The translations under genes and the position numbers were made by a program. From assembly GCA_964576755.1 (NCBI GenBank), contig CAZNUV010000003.1:30206-94205 (forward strand): a stretch of 64,000 nt of DNA, given 5' to 3'. The number at the start of each line of letters is the position of its first letter. Position 1 is the first letter of the stretch. The notes under the pieces are model-generated. The model ran no database searches. It had not been told where the DNA came from and saw nothing but the letters and a program-made list of their open reading frames with translations. Below, piece after piece: positions 18,784 to 27,048 of the stretch. This DNA is from Candidatus Woesearchaeota archaeon (GTDB lineage Archaea > Nanobdellota > Nanobdellia > Pacearchaeales > GW2011-AR1).

Positions 18784-19137
18784 ATGGTAAAAAAAGAACA
18801 ACCAGAAGGAATAATCGAATTCAAAGATTGGGAAAAACTAGATTTGAAAGTTGGAGAAATTCAAGAAGTTGAAAATATTGAAGGAGCTGATAAACTGTAT
18901 AAGTTGAAAATTGATATTGGCTCTGAACTTAAAACTGTCTGTGCAGGATTAAAAGAATATTACTCTAGAGACGATCTAAAAGGGAAAAAAATCATATTGT
19001 TCACAAATCTTGCCCCAAGGATGATGAGAGGAATAGAAAGCCAAGGAATGATTTTAGCAGCAGTTTCTTCAGATCACTCAATTGTTTCATTAATTCAACC
19101 TGATTCTGAAATAGAAGTTGGAAGTAGAGTTAGCTAG
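18784..19137 (+). CDS. Free-standing tRNA-binding OB-fold domain (Trbp111/EMAPII-like; the usual MetRS C-terminal domain)
   Basis: FKDWEKLDLKVGEIQEVENIEGADKLYKLKIDIG...VCAGLKEYY...LAPRMMRGIESQGMILAA. Start overlaps the metG stop context TAAAATG. Confidence 0.85.
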   Translation: MVKKEQPEGIIEFKDWEKLDLKVGEIQEVENIEGADKLYKLKIDIGSELKTVCAGLKEYYSRDDLKGKKIILFTNLAPRMMRGIESQGMILAAVSSDHSIVSLIQPDSEIEVGSRVS

Positions 19138-19154
19138 ATAAAATCTATTAATAT

Positions 19155-19388
19155 CTAGTCTTTGTAGGGCATATTTATTCTGTCATATTTAGTAGTAATA
19201 GTTGACCTTAGATTTCTGATTGCATCAAGAACAGTTTTATACTCTGGCAATTCTTTTACTTTTAGACTTGCGGGATTTCTTTTATCAATCTCATCCACTA
19301 CTTCCTCTAGGTTTAAGGCAACCCCCTCAATAGAATCAGAAATCTCTGTTCTTCTATATACCCTATTTTCTTCATCAATTATTGACAT
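19155..19388 (-). CDS. Hypothetical protein (77 aa)
   Basis: Lies downstream of minD on the same strand. Confidence 0.4.
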   Translation of the reverse strand: MSIIDEENRVYRRTEISDSIEGVALNLEEVVDEIDKRNPASLKVKELPEYKTVLDAIRNLRSTITTKYDRINMPYKD

Positions 19389-19452
19389 ACTTTTTACAAC
19401 AAAATCCTCTTTATAAAAATTTATATCCTTTGAAATAGATAATTAATGCAAT

Positions 19453-20208
19453 CTAATATTCTCTTTTAAAAAGTCTAGAAAACCAATTACCTTCATCCAC
19501 AATATCTCCAGCAATCTTTCTTGCGATTTCTAAATACTTTCTCGCAACTTTACTTCTAGGATGAGTATGCATTATGGCATCACGTTTAGAAAGAGCTTCT
19601 TTAACTTTATCATCTTCTGGAATAATTCCTATAATAGGAGTTTCTAACATAGACTTGATTGAGGATAAAGACATCTCATAACTTTTACCCTTATGTCTTG
19701 TGACTATAACTCCTTTAACTTCCTTACCCATTTCACGAGCAACTTTAACTGTTTTTAATGCATCTGTAACAGCAGGCATTTCTGGATTTGTTACAACAAT
19801 TATTTCTTCACTTACTCCTAGCGTGTCCATAACTTCTGGTCCAAAACCTGCAGCACTATCAAAAATAACAAACTCAGTTAGATGATGTAATCTTTTAACA
19901 ACATCTGAAAGATTTTTAGTGTTAAATTTTGTTAATTCTTTTATAGAAAGAGAAGAAGGTACAATTTTAGTACCAGAATAATGTTCATATATTGCTTCTT
20001 CAATATCTGCCTTACCGTTTAAAACATGATTTAAACTAATTGGTACAATTGGGGCTCCTAAATGGATTCCAAGATTTGGAGTGTTTAGATTTGCGTCCAC
20101 AACAATTACATTCTTATTAAGCTTATTTAATGCAGCAGCTAGATTTATAGCACTAGTAGTCTTTCCAGCCCCACCTTTTCCAGAAACAATTGTGATTATT
20201 CTCGCCAT
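19453..20208 (-). CDS. minD: MinD/ParA-family P-loop ATPase
   Basis: Deviant Walker A SGKGGAGKTT, followed by VVDAN and FDSAAG. Confidence 0.85.
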   Translation of the reverse strand: MARIITIVSGKGGAGKTTSAINLAAALNKLNKNVIVVDANLNTPNLGIHLGAPIVPISLNHVLNGKADIEEAIYEHYSGTKIVPSSLSIKELTKFNTKNLSDVVKRLHHLTEFVIFDSAAGFGPEVMDTLGVSEEIIVVTNPEMPAVTDALKTVKVAREMGKEVKGVIVTRHKGKSYEMSLSSIKSMLETPIIGIIPEDDKVKEALSKRDAIMHTHPRSKVARKYLEIARKIAGDIVDEGNWFSRLFKREY

Positions 20209-20227
20209 TTCTTGTTAATTTTAATTT

Positions 20228-20677
20228 TTACTTAGAAAGAATATGTTTGACTTCACTTATAAAGTTTTCGAGAATTTCAGAATACTCTTTTAATTTTTCC
20301 ATATTTATTTCTATTGTTTTAGTTGGCTCAATTATTTTTAAACAAACATTTTTTCTAAATTCCCCTTCTTTTTTTATTTTTAATTCAGGAATTCTTTTGA
20401 AAAAGATGTATAAAGGTATAGATTCTTGAATTTTTTCATTTTTTTTAAAATATTTCTTCATAAACTCTATCTTTTCTTTAGGATTCTTAGACATGTAGGG
20501 TATTTTTTTGTTTTTTAACGCATGTTCAAGTAATCCTTCAAAGCCCATTTCCATCATAGATTTCCATCTTGCAATAAGATTTAATATAACATCGCAGGTT
20601 TTTGTATACTTCAAGCTAACATAAAGCAGGTGATCTGCACTAGTTTTCTCTTTGAGTAAATCGGATATTTCTTCCAT
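20228..20677 (-). CDS. Hypothetical helical protein (149 aa), paralog of 20752..21267
   Basis: Shares ADH..YV.L, GLL...KNP and C-terminal EF...I...EK..E...L blocks with its neighbour. Confidence 0.55.
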   Translation of the reverse strand: MEEISDLLKEKTSADHLLYVSLKYTKTCDVILNLIARWKSMMEMGFEGLLEHALKNKKIPYMSKNPKEKIEFMKKYFKKNEKIQESIPLYIFFKRIPELKIKKEGEFRKNVCLKIIEPTKTIEINMEKLKEYSEILENFISEVKHILSK

Positions 20678-20751
20678 GATTGTATTCTAACCTCTCTAAT
20701 TCAAAATATAGGACGCAATTAATAGAAATGCTTAGAGTTTTTATATCTTTC

Positions 20752-21267
20752 TCAATTTTCAATCATTTTATCTTTTGTACTAATTATGGCCCTTTTTAAT
20801 ACCCCTAAAAATTCTCTTATTTTTTCAACAGTGAGGACAATATACTGGTCTCCCAGAAGTATAACAAATTTGTCTCTCCTTACAAATTCTACAGGAGATT
20901 CTTTGTGTTTTTTTTGTATTTCCAATATTGCCAGCATTATTTTTAACTCAGATTCGTTAAAATATCTTGGAGATATTTTGTTCTTAAAGGTTTTTAAATT
21001 GAGTTCAGGATTCTTGTATAACGGGACTCTTTTAAGGGCATATTCATATTGTAGCAGACCCTTCATTAGACATGTTGCACAAGAATAGAGTTCTTCTAAT
21101 ATCTTGATAATCATTCTATTTTCTTTTAGAATTGTTAGTGTAACATAGGCCATATGGTCTGCTATTTTAAGATGCTTTTCAGCTTCTTCTATGTTCTCAA
21201 CCCATTTTTCTTGATTTTTAGTTGAATTAGAAAAATGATTATTAGGAAATATCTTTCCAGCTTGCAT
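20752..21267 (-). CDS. Hypothetical helical protein (171 aa), paralog of 20228..20677
   Basis: See 20228..20677. Confidence 0.55.
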   Translation of the reverse strand: MQAGKIFPNNHFSNSTKNQEKWVENIEEAEKHLKIADHMAYVTLTILKENRMIIKILEELYSCATCLMKGLLQYEYALKRVPLYKNPELNLKTFKNKISPRYFNESELKIMLAILEIQKKHKESPVEFVRRDKFVILLGDQYIVLTVEKIREFLGVLKRAIISTKDKMIEN

Positions 21268-21336
21268 AAAATTAGAATATAAAATAGGTTTTTATGGTTT
21301 ATTGTTGTAGAGTTTATAGGGGTGGTTTTTATTTAA

Positions 21337-21366
21337 TAGTGATGACAAAAAGAAAAGATTTATAAA
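21337..21366 (+). promoter_or_regulatory. Extended promoter: TAGTGATGACAA...AGAAAAGATTTATAAA, ending 21 nt before the ATG at 21388
   Basis: Near-identical element at 27003..27028 and 39011..39038. Confidence 0.55.
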
Positions 21367-21387
21367 TAATTTTATTTAAGTTAACTT

Positions 21388-22053
21388 ATGAGACTCAAGT
21401 TTGATGCACAAAGTTTATTAAGAAAAATACAAAATCCAGAAATCACTCTAGAACCTAGCCAAAGAGTAAACTTTGAAGCTTCAATCGAACAGGTAAATTC
21501 TCTAAAAAGAATGAATTCTGTAGTGCCCTTAGAACTTGAAAAGAAGTTATCTTTTAATAATCTATTTTCAAGATATTCAATTGATGTTGGCGCAACTTCT
21601 CTTCCATTGCCTTTTGATTATATTCTTTCAAAGATTAATTTAGATAATGGTTATTGGAGTTTTTTTAATTTTATTAGATTGGAAGATATTTATCAAGATG
21701 AATTTGATAGGTTTGTATCCAATATTAAAGAAACACGAAAGGACTGGATTGAATTTGGACCTCTTTTGAAGGGATGTTTTACAAAAGATGGAAAACCTTA
21801 CTTAGAGGTTAGTACTGATTTCTTGATGAATGGTAATTATTTAAGTATTGCTTTTAAGAATAAGAAGAATAAAATAAAAAATTTAGATTCTACTCAAGGA
21901 GAGATTAATGCAGTGTTACACCAGGCAGAATTTTATGAGGACATTAATTACATAGGGCAGATTTTATCAGACATAATTAATAAGGGTTTAGAAATATTAA
22001 ATCCGACTGGTTTTGAAAAGACTAAAGATTTAGAATTGACAGTTAGATTATAA
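21388..22053 (+). CDS. Hypothetical protein (221 aa)
   Basis: Complete ORF with a leaderless-type promoter. Confidence 0.55.
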   Translation: MRLKFDAQSLLRKIQNPEITLEPSQRVNFEASIEQVNSLKRMNSVVPLELEKKLSFNNLFSRYSIDVGATSLPLPFDYILSKINLDNGYWSFFNFIRLEDIYQDEFDRFVSNIKETRKDWIEFGPLLKGCFTKDGKPYLEVSTDFLMNGNYLSIAFKNKKNKIKNLDSTQGEINAVLHQAEFYEDINYIGQILSDIINKGLEILNPTGFEKTKDLELTVRL

Positions 22054-22061
22054 TTTTCCCT

Positions 22062-22418
22062 CTATTTCTTTAATTCTATAATTGCAGAAGCAATATCTCC
22101 ATTGTGTTTATCAAGAATTTCACGTGCCTTTTCCTTGCTTACATTAGTTTGAGCAACAACCATTTCTACATCTTCTTCTGTTATCTCTTCACTAGATTCT
22201 TCGTCTTCAGAGCTATCTTGTGATTCTTCTCTTTCCATACCAGTAATTTGATAAGTTGTTTGGCCTTGCATTGTAACTTTAGTTATAGAAGGCTCATCAA
22301 TAATTGTTCTTGAATCTTCTTTTTCAATTATAACTCTTTTTGCATCTACAGGAATCTGTGAGATTCCCATTCTTTTCATCACGCCTTCAATTTGTTTTGG
22401 GTTTATATTTCCGAACAT
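22062..22418 (-). CDS. nac: Nascent polypeptide-associated complex protein (NAC) with C-terminal UBA
   Basis: NPKQIEGVMKRMGI...TYQITG, an acidic linker, and UBA-like EEDVEMVVAQTNVSKEKAREILDKHNGDIASAI. Confidence 0.85.
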   Translation of the reverse strand: MFGNINPKQIEGVMKRMGISQIPVDAKRVIIEKEDSRTIIDEPSITKVTMQGQTTYQITGMEREESQDSSEDEESSEEITEEDVEMVVAQTNVSKEKAREILDKHNGDIASAIIELKK

Positions 22419-22462
22419 TTTTTATTTATTACTTGTTTATTTTATATTTGATTATAAATTTA

Positions 22463-22612
22463 TTAAAAGAATATTCTTAATGCAAGAATACTTGCAATTG
22501 CTAAAATAATAAGAATGATTACTTGTGTTGGACTTATCTTTATCTTAGAATCATATTCTTCCTTATATCTCATTAACCCGCCAAAACCAGCAGGCATGTT
22601 CATCTCTGCCAT
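22463..22612 (-). CDS. secG: Preprotein translocase subunit Sec61-beta/SecG (49 aa). It falls below the ORF-track cutoff.
   Basis: Manual translation gives MAEMNMPAGFGGLMRYKEEYDSKIKISPTQVIILIILAIASILALRIFF. The AG(L)(M)RY motif plus a single C-terminal TM helix fits Sec61-beta. Confidence 0.7.
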   Translation of the reverse strand: MAEMNMPAGFGGLMRYKEEYDSKIKISPTQVIILIILAIASILALRIFF

Positions 22613-22667
22613 AATTATTAAAATTTCAACTTGTTTATAAGGGTTTTGGTGAGAAGACTAAAGATTA

Positions 22668-22886
22668 CTAACACCAAATTCTAAATGTGTTAAAAAAGTT
22701 ATAAGCTAAATCTTGTGAAAAAACATAAAAATTACCCCAGTCTGCTTTTAATCTTTCATCTAAATTAAATCCTAAATTATTTCCAGAAGGATCATTAAAC
22801 TCAGTAATTATCGGAGTGGTTGATTCAATCCCGGCCCCATTACTTAAAAATGTTCTTGAATCTAGGTCTTCATTAGGGAACTCCAT
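22668..22886 (-). CDS. Hypothetical protein (72 aa), translationally coupled to serS
   Basis: GGAGGTAAAAAATAAAATG: the SD sits inside the serS 3' end and the stop/start are 1 nt apart. Confidence 0.4.
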   Translation of the reverse strand: MEFPNEDLDSRTFLSNGAGIESTTPIITEFNDPSGNNLGFNLDERLKADWGNFYVFSQDLAYNFFNTFRIWC

Positions 22887-22887
22887 T

Positions 22888-24177
22888 TTATTTTTTACCT
22901 CCGATTTTCTTTTTATTATAAATATATGGTTGAAGTGCTTTTGGAATATTAATTGTTCCGTCTTTATTCTGATTGTTTTCCATTATTGCAACTAGTGCAC
23001 GAGATGTAGCAATCACAGTGTTATTTAATGTATGTGGAAAATAATTTTGTCCAGAAGGATTCTCAATTCTTATTCCTAATCTTCGAGATTGGGCTTCTTC
23101 CATATTTGTTAGAGAGGTAACCTCAAAATATTTCTTTTGTCTTGGAGACCATGCTTCTAGATCACATGATTTTGCCTTTAAATCTGCTAAATCTCCAGAA
23201 CAACATTCTAAAACTCTAAATGGAATCTCTAATGCCTTAAATATTTCAATAGAAGCATTTAACATTTTATCATACCATTTATAACTTTCTTCAGGTTCAC
23301 AAATTACAATCATCTCTTGTTTGTTGAATTGATGAGTTCTATATATTCCTTTTTCATCAATACCATGACTTCCAATTTCTTTTCTAAAACACATACTATA
23401 TCCTGTTTGAAGTATAGGAAGCTCTTTTTTTTGCATAGTTCTTCCGATAAATTGTCCGATTAAAGGGTGCTCTGATGTTGCAATAAGATATAGGTCTTCA
23501 CCTTGGATTTTATATGCCATCTGTTCAATTTCTTTAGTTGAATAAACACCGTCTAAAACTTCTTTTCGAATCATTAATGGGGGTTCTACATATTCAAAAC
23601 CATATTTAATCATAAAATCTCTTGCAAAATTTATTAGGGCCATGTTTAATTCTGCTAGTTCTCCTTTCATAAAGTAAAACCCTTTTCCAGATGTTTTTGC
23701 AGAAATATCAAAGTCAAGTATACCTAATTCTTCTCCAAGTTCAACATGACTCTTTACAGGAAAATTAAATTCCTTAGGTTTTCCAAACTTTTTAATCTCA
23801 ACATTTTCTTTATCATTTTTTCCAATAGGAACAGAATCATGAATTATATTGGGAATTTTCATCATTATCTCTTTAATTTCTAATGAAAGTTTTTGCATTT
23901 TTTCTTCAATCTTTTGTATTTTAGAAGGAATATCTTTAGCTTCTTTAATCAATTTTTCTGCACCTTTTTTGTTTTTAGACTTCATCAAACTGCTTATCTC
24001 TTGAGAAATCTTATTCCTTTCAGAACGAAGATTATCTGATTTTTGCTTTTCTTTTCTCCAATTTTCATCTAATTTTTTTACCTTATCAACGAGCTCAATC
24101 TTTTCTTCTTGAAATTTCTTTTTAAGGTTATTTTTTACTAATTCTGGATTTTCCCTGATTAATTTGATATCTATCAT
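22888..24177 (-). CDS. serS: Seryl-tRNA synthetase
   Basis: N-terminal coiled-coil arm. Class II motifs FRKEIGSHG, RTHQFNKQE and TLNNTVIATSRALVAIMEN. Confidence 0.92.
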   Translation of the reverse strand: MIDIKLIRENPELVKNNLKKKFQEEKIELVDKVKKLDENWRKEKQKSDNLRSERNKISQEISSLMKSKNKKGAEKLIKEAKDIPSKIQKIEEKMQKLSLEIKEIMMKIPNIIHDSVPIGKNDKENVEIKKFGKPKEFNFPVKSHVELGEELGILDFDISAKTSGKGFYFMKGELAELNMALINFARDFMIKYGFEYVEPPLMIRKEVLDGVYSTKEIEQMAYKIQGEDLYLIATSEHPLIGQFIGRTMQKKELPILQTGYSMCFRKEIGSHGIDEKGIYRTHQFNKQEMIVICEPEESYKWYDKMLNASIEIFKALEIPFRVLECCSGDLADLKAKSCDLEAWSPRQKKYFEVTSLTNMEEAQSRRLGIRIENPSGQNYFPHTLNNTVIATSRALVAIMENNQNKDGTINIPKALQPYIYNKKKIGGKK

Positions 24178-24219
24178 GGTTTAAAGAAGAAGGATTGTTA
24201 TTTAAATTTTCTTATTACC

Positions 24220-24456
24220 CTATTGGACTACCTTCTCGAGATTATTAGTGTTATTGGGCATTTTTATTAAGCTTGCAGAAATATTTGCTTGATGAGTTGT
24301 TTTTGGTTCATTAATACACCTAGCATTATAATCAATATAATCAGGTATTGTGGTTCTCATTCCCTGAAAAAATGTTTTAGGATTAAGACAAATATACATG
24401 ACCATAGCAACACATATAGATGTAGTATAAAAAACACCTAGTTTAATATATTCCAT
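24220..24456 (-). CDS. Hypothetical small protein (78 aa)
   Basis: ORF only. Weak TATA-like sequence upstream. Confidence 0.3.
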   Translation of the reverse strand: MEYIKLGVFYTTSICVAMVMYICLNPKTFFQGMRTTIPDYIDYNARCINEPKTTHQANISASLIKMPNNTNNLEKVVQ

Positions 24457-24574
24457 GAATAAGTAATTTAATTAAGGGTTATATTTTTTATTTAATAAAT
24501 TATTAGTTTAATATCTTTAAAAATGGATTACACAAACTTTATTAATCTTGTATTCAAATAATTAAAATTAGAAC

Positions 24575-25300
24575 ATGGAAGATGAAAAAGAGTTGATTAG
24601 AAAAATTAGAAATTCTAGGGAAATTGGGATGTCTCCAGTGCAGATTACAAGAAAACTTCAACAAAGAGGTTTAAAACTAGAATATATAGATCTTTTATTA
24701 AGAAAAGCTTATCCAAACAAAGCAATCTTTGCTATTTCAATCCTTATATTTATTGTTTTAATTCTATCTAGTATTTTGGTTTATATTTTGTTCTTCCAAA
24801 CAAATATAAAAATAGAACTACAAAATCCTCTAGCAGATCTTAAGATTTCTAACCAACTGATTCAAGATTCTAATATTCAAGAAACAGAAAATAATCTTCA
24901 AGAGATTCCTCAACAGAATCAATATATTGAAATTGAACCAGAATTTTTATCATTTATTTTAAACGAGATAGGAGTTTATGATTTGCACAAAAATCCATTT
25001 ACACTAGAAAAACCAGTAATAGCATTTGATATTGAAGGCCAGGATTTTTATTCTGTTGTTACAAAAGGAGAGATCCATACTTATGAAGGCCAAACACCAA
25101 AAACAATAGCAGATAATCCTGATTTAATCTTTACATCAACAGGACAAGAAGTCACTAATGCTATTCTAAGTGAAGATACTGGAGAGTATATTGCTCAATC
25201 TATTGCTAACAAAAACACAGAGATAGAACAGATAGCAAGTCAGCAAGAACTTTTTGCAAAAGGCTATTTAAACATTTACAACCCCTTAATGTCAACCTAA
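24575..25300 (+). CDS. Single-pass membrane protein (241 aa)
   Basis: Cytosolic N-terminus, one TM helix (AIFAISILIFIVLILSSILVYILFF), and a Q/E-rich external domain. Confidence 0.5.
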   Translation: MEDEKELIRKIRNSREIGMSPVQITRKLQQRGLKLEYIDLLLRKAYPNKAIFAISILIFIVLILSSILVYILFFQTNIKIELQNPLADLKISNQLIQDSNIQETENNLQEIPQQNQYIEIEPEFLSFILNEIGVYDLHKNPFTLEKPVIAFDIEGQDFYSVVTKGEIHTYEGQTPKTIADNPDLIFTSTGQEVTNAILSEDTGEYIAQSIANKNTEIEQIASQQELFAKGYLNIYNPLMST

Positions 25301-25414
25301 AAAATCAGTATAAATTTGTATCTACTGTTTATGGACGAATTTCTTGAGAAAGCTTTATAAGGACTTTCTAACTCGGATATATAGATTAAAATATATATAT
25401 TAAAATAAGGTAAA

Positions 25415-25681
25415 ATGGGAGACAACTTTGATTTATTTTTCAGGAGAAAGCCAGCTTTAATGTTAATTGCTTTAAAAAAAGTATCAAAAGCTAAGTATGG
25501 TTCTGTTCTAGCAAAAGAAGTTGATTGTACATATTCTCACGCAGTTAAAATTCTTCAGATTTTAGAAGAGCTCGGATTAGTTGTTTTTGAGAAAAAAGGT
25601 AGAATCAAGATAATTCAGCTTACAAAAAAAGGCCGTGAAGTTGCTGACCGTATTGAAGAAATTAAAAGGATATTAGCTTAA
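25415..25681 (+). CDS. Winged-helix transcriptional regulator (88 aa)
   Basis: SVLAKEVDCTYSHAVKILQILEELGLVVFEKKGRIKIIQLTKKG follows an HTH-plus-wing pattern. Confidence 0.6.
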   Translation: MGDNFDLFFRRKPALMLIALKKVSKAKYGSVLAKEVDCTYSHAVKILQILEELGLVVFEKKGRIKIIQLTKKGREVADRIEEIKRILA

Positions 25682-25682
25682 A

Positions 25683-25946
25683 ATGCCTTATAATCATATT
25701 TACCAACAAGGGTTAGAATTACCTAAGAATGGAGTGGTTGCTCAAGAATATGATACAATTATTACTGGCCATCGGCGCTTTCTTTTTTATGGTGAAGAAT
25801 ACAGCATACCTAAGGGGTATCAAGGAAGTGAGGATCAGAAAAGACTAAGTTCTAGGAAAGATGGGAAGATAATATCCCTTTTTATTAACCTTAAAACCGG
25901 TGAAGTTCATAGACTTCCCTATAGTAGAAGAACTCTAGGAAAATGA
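25683..25946 (+). CDS. Hypothetical protein (87 aa), coupled (TAAAATG) to the regulator
   Basis: 1-nt gap to the upstream stop. Confidence 0.4.
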   Translation: MPYNHIYQQGLELPKNGVVAQEYDTIITGHRRFLFYGEEYSIPKGYQGSEDQKRLSSRKDGKIISLFINLKTGEVHRLPYSRRTLGK

Positions 25947-25971
25947 TATTCAAGGGCCTAGATAAATAGTC

Positions 25972-26643
25972 TTATCTACTTTTAATAACACCAACTTGTT
26001 TACATAACTTTGAAACAGGACATATTGAACATTTTGGACTAATTGGTACACATATTGTCTGGCCAAATTGTACAAATAAACTATTAAATTCTGGCCAGTA
26101 TTTTTTTGCCAGAATTTTTGCAACCTCGAGCTCTGTTTGTTCTGGATTTTTTGTTTTTATCAGGCCAAGCCTGTTTGGAATTCTATGACAATGAGTATCA
26201 ATTGGAAGAACAGGTTTGTCAAATGCAAATCCAAGCACAATATTAGCAGTTTTTCTTCCTATGCCCTTTATTGATAAAAGTTCTTCTTCTGTATCAGGAA
26301 CTTTTCCCTTGAAACGCTTAATTAATTCAGATGAAACATGTTTTAGGATTCTGGATTTCTTTTTATAATGTCCAGAACTATAAATCAGTTTTTCAAGTTT
26401 TTTTATTGGCATTTTTACAACCTCTTGGGGGGTTGATGCAATTGCAAATAATTGGCTTGATGCTTTTTCTGTATTTTTATCTTGTGTTCTTAGAGAAAGC
26501 AGGCAAGAAATAAGGATTTTGAAGGGATCTCTTTTTTTCTCGTGTCGCATGTTATTCAGAGTTGTTTTTGTTGAAGGATAATCTTTAAGTAGAATCTTCA
26601 TCACTTTCTCAAATCTTTTTGTTTTTTGTTTTTGATTTTCCAT
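25972..26643 (-). CDS. nth: Endonuclease III (HhH-GPD DNA glycosylase with a 4Fe-4S cluster)
   Basis: HhH LLSIKGIGRKTANIVL, catalytic-region PIDTHCHR, and C-terminal CVPISPKCSICPVSKLC. Confidence 0.88.
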   Translation of the reverse strand: MENQKQKTKRFEKVMKILLKDYPSTKTTLNNMRHEKKRDPFKILISCLLSLRTQDKNTEKASSQLFAIASTPQEVVKMPIKKLEKLIYSSGHYKKKSRILKHVSSELIKRFKGKVPDTEEELLSIKGIGRKTANIVLGFAFDKPVLPIDTHCHRIPNRLGLIKTKNPEQTELEVAKILAKKYWPEFNSLFVQFGQTICVPISPKCSICPVSKLCKQVGVIKSR

Positions 26644-26662
26644 TTTTAGAATTAAAACAAAA

Positions 26663-26755
26663 TGGCCCTGGAGGTCCTAAAAATTTCTTTGAAATTTTTG
26701 GAACTTAAATTCTTACAAATTTAAGTGATTTGAACCCTCTTGTTCAAATCCCAAA
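26663..26755 (-). other. tRNA-Lys trailer carrying an inverted and a direct partial copy of the tRNA T-arm/acceptor 3' strand. The direct copy is split by a 52-nt double-hairpin insert.
   Basis: Minus strand reads TTTGGGATTTGAACAA GAGGGTTCAAATC [ACTTAAATTTGTAAGAATTTAAGT TCCAAAAATTTCAAAGAAATTTTTAGGA] CCTCCAGGGCCA TTTTGTTTT. The 12 nt CCTCCAGGGCCA and GGTTCAAATC are identical to the tRNA 3' end. Confidence 0.6.
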
Positions 26756-26908
26756 TGGCCCTGGAGGGATTTGAACCCCCGACACCTAGGTGACTCTTAT
26801 GTGTTATCTTAAACTATTACAGTTTCTTTGATTCCAGGAACCTTTCTTTTCTAAAGAAAGGGAGCCTATTAAGAGCCTAGTGCTCTAACCAAACTGAGCT
26901 ACAGAGCC
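26756..26908 (-). tRNA. tRNA-Lys (anticodon CUU) with a 78-nt intron at the canonical 37/38 position (intron 26792..26869)
   Basis: Hand-folded: GGCTCTG TA GCTC AGTTTGGTTA GAGC A CTAGG CTCTTA | intron | A CCTAG GTGTC GGGGG TTCAAAT CCCTC CAGGGCC A. BHB-like junction: central helix CTCT/AGAG flanked by 3-nt bulges TAA and TCA. Confidence 0.85.
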
Positions 26909-27002
26909 TTGGTAATTAATAATAGAACCAGTTTAAAAGTTTATCTTATCAAGATACTTATTCGAACCTTTAATATTTCTGTAGAGTTATATGATTACTC
27001 TT

Positions 27003-27028
27003 TAGTAACAAAAAGAAAGATTTATAAA
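27003..27028 (+). promoter_or_regulatory. Extended promoter TAGTAACAAAAAGAAAGATTTATAAA, ending 20 nt before the ATG at 27049
   Basis: Shared with 21337..21366 and 39011..39038. Confidence 0.55.
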
Positions 27029-27048
27029 TCTTTAAATTAAAAAGTTTT

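Noticed and set aside
21341-21349. GTGATGA (a perfect box C) in the 21268..21387 intergenic region
   Set aside because: There is no downstream CUGA box or terminal stem. The sequence is part of the shared promoter-upstream element.
25972-27048. Possible integrated mobile element at the tRNA-Lys 3' end, suggested by the duplicated 12-nt tRNA end
   Set aside because: The two repeat copies are only about 90 nt apart. No integrase, transposase or viral gene is adjacent (the neighbours are nth and an orphan). At most this is a scar, so it is reported as a finding rather than annotated as an element.
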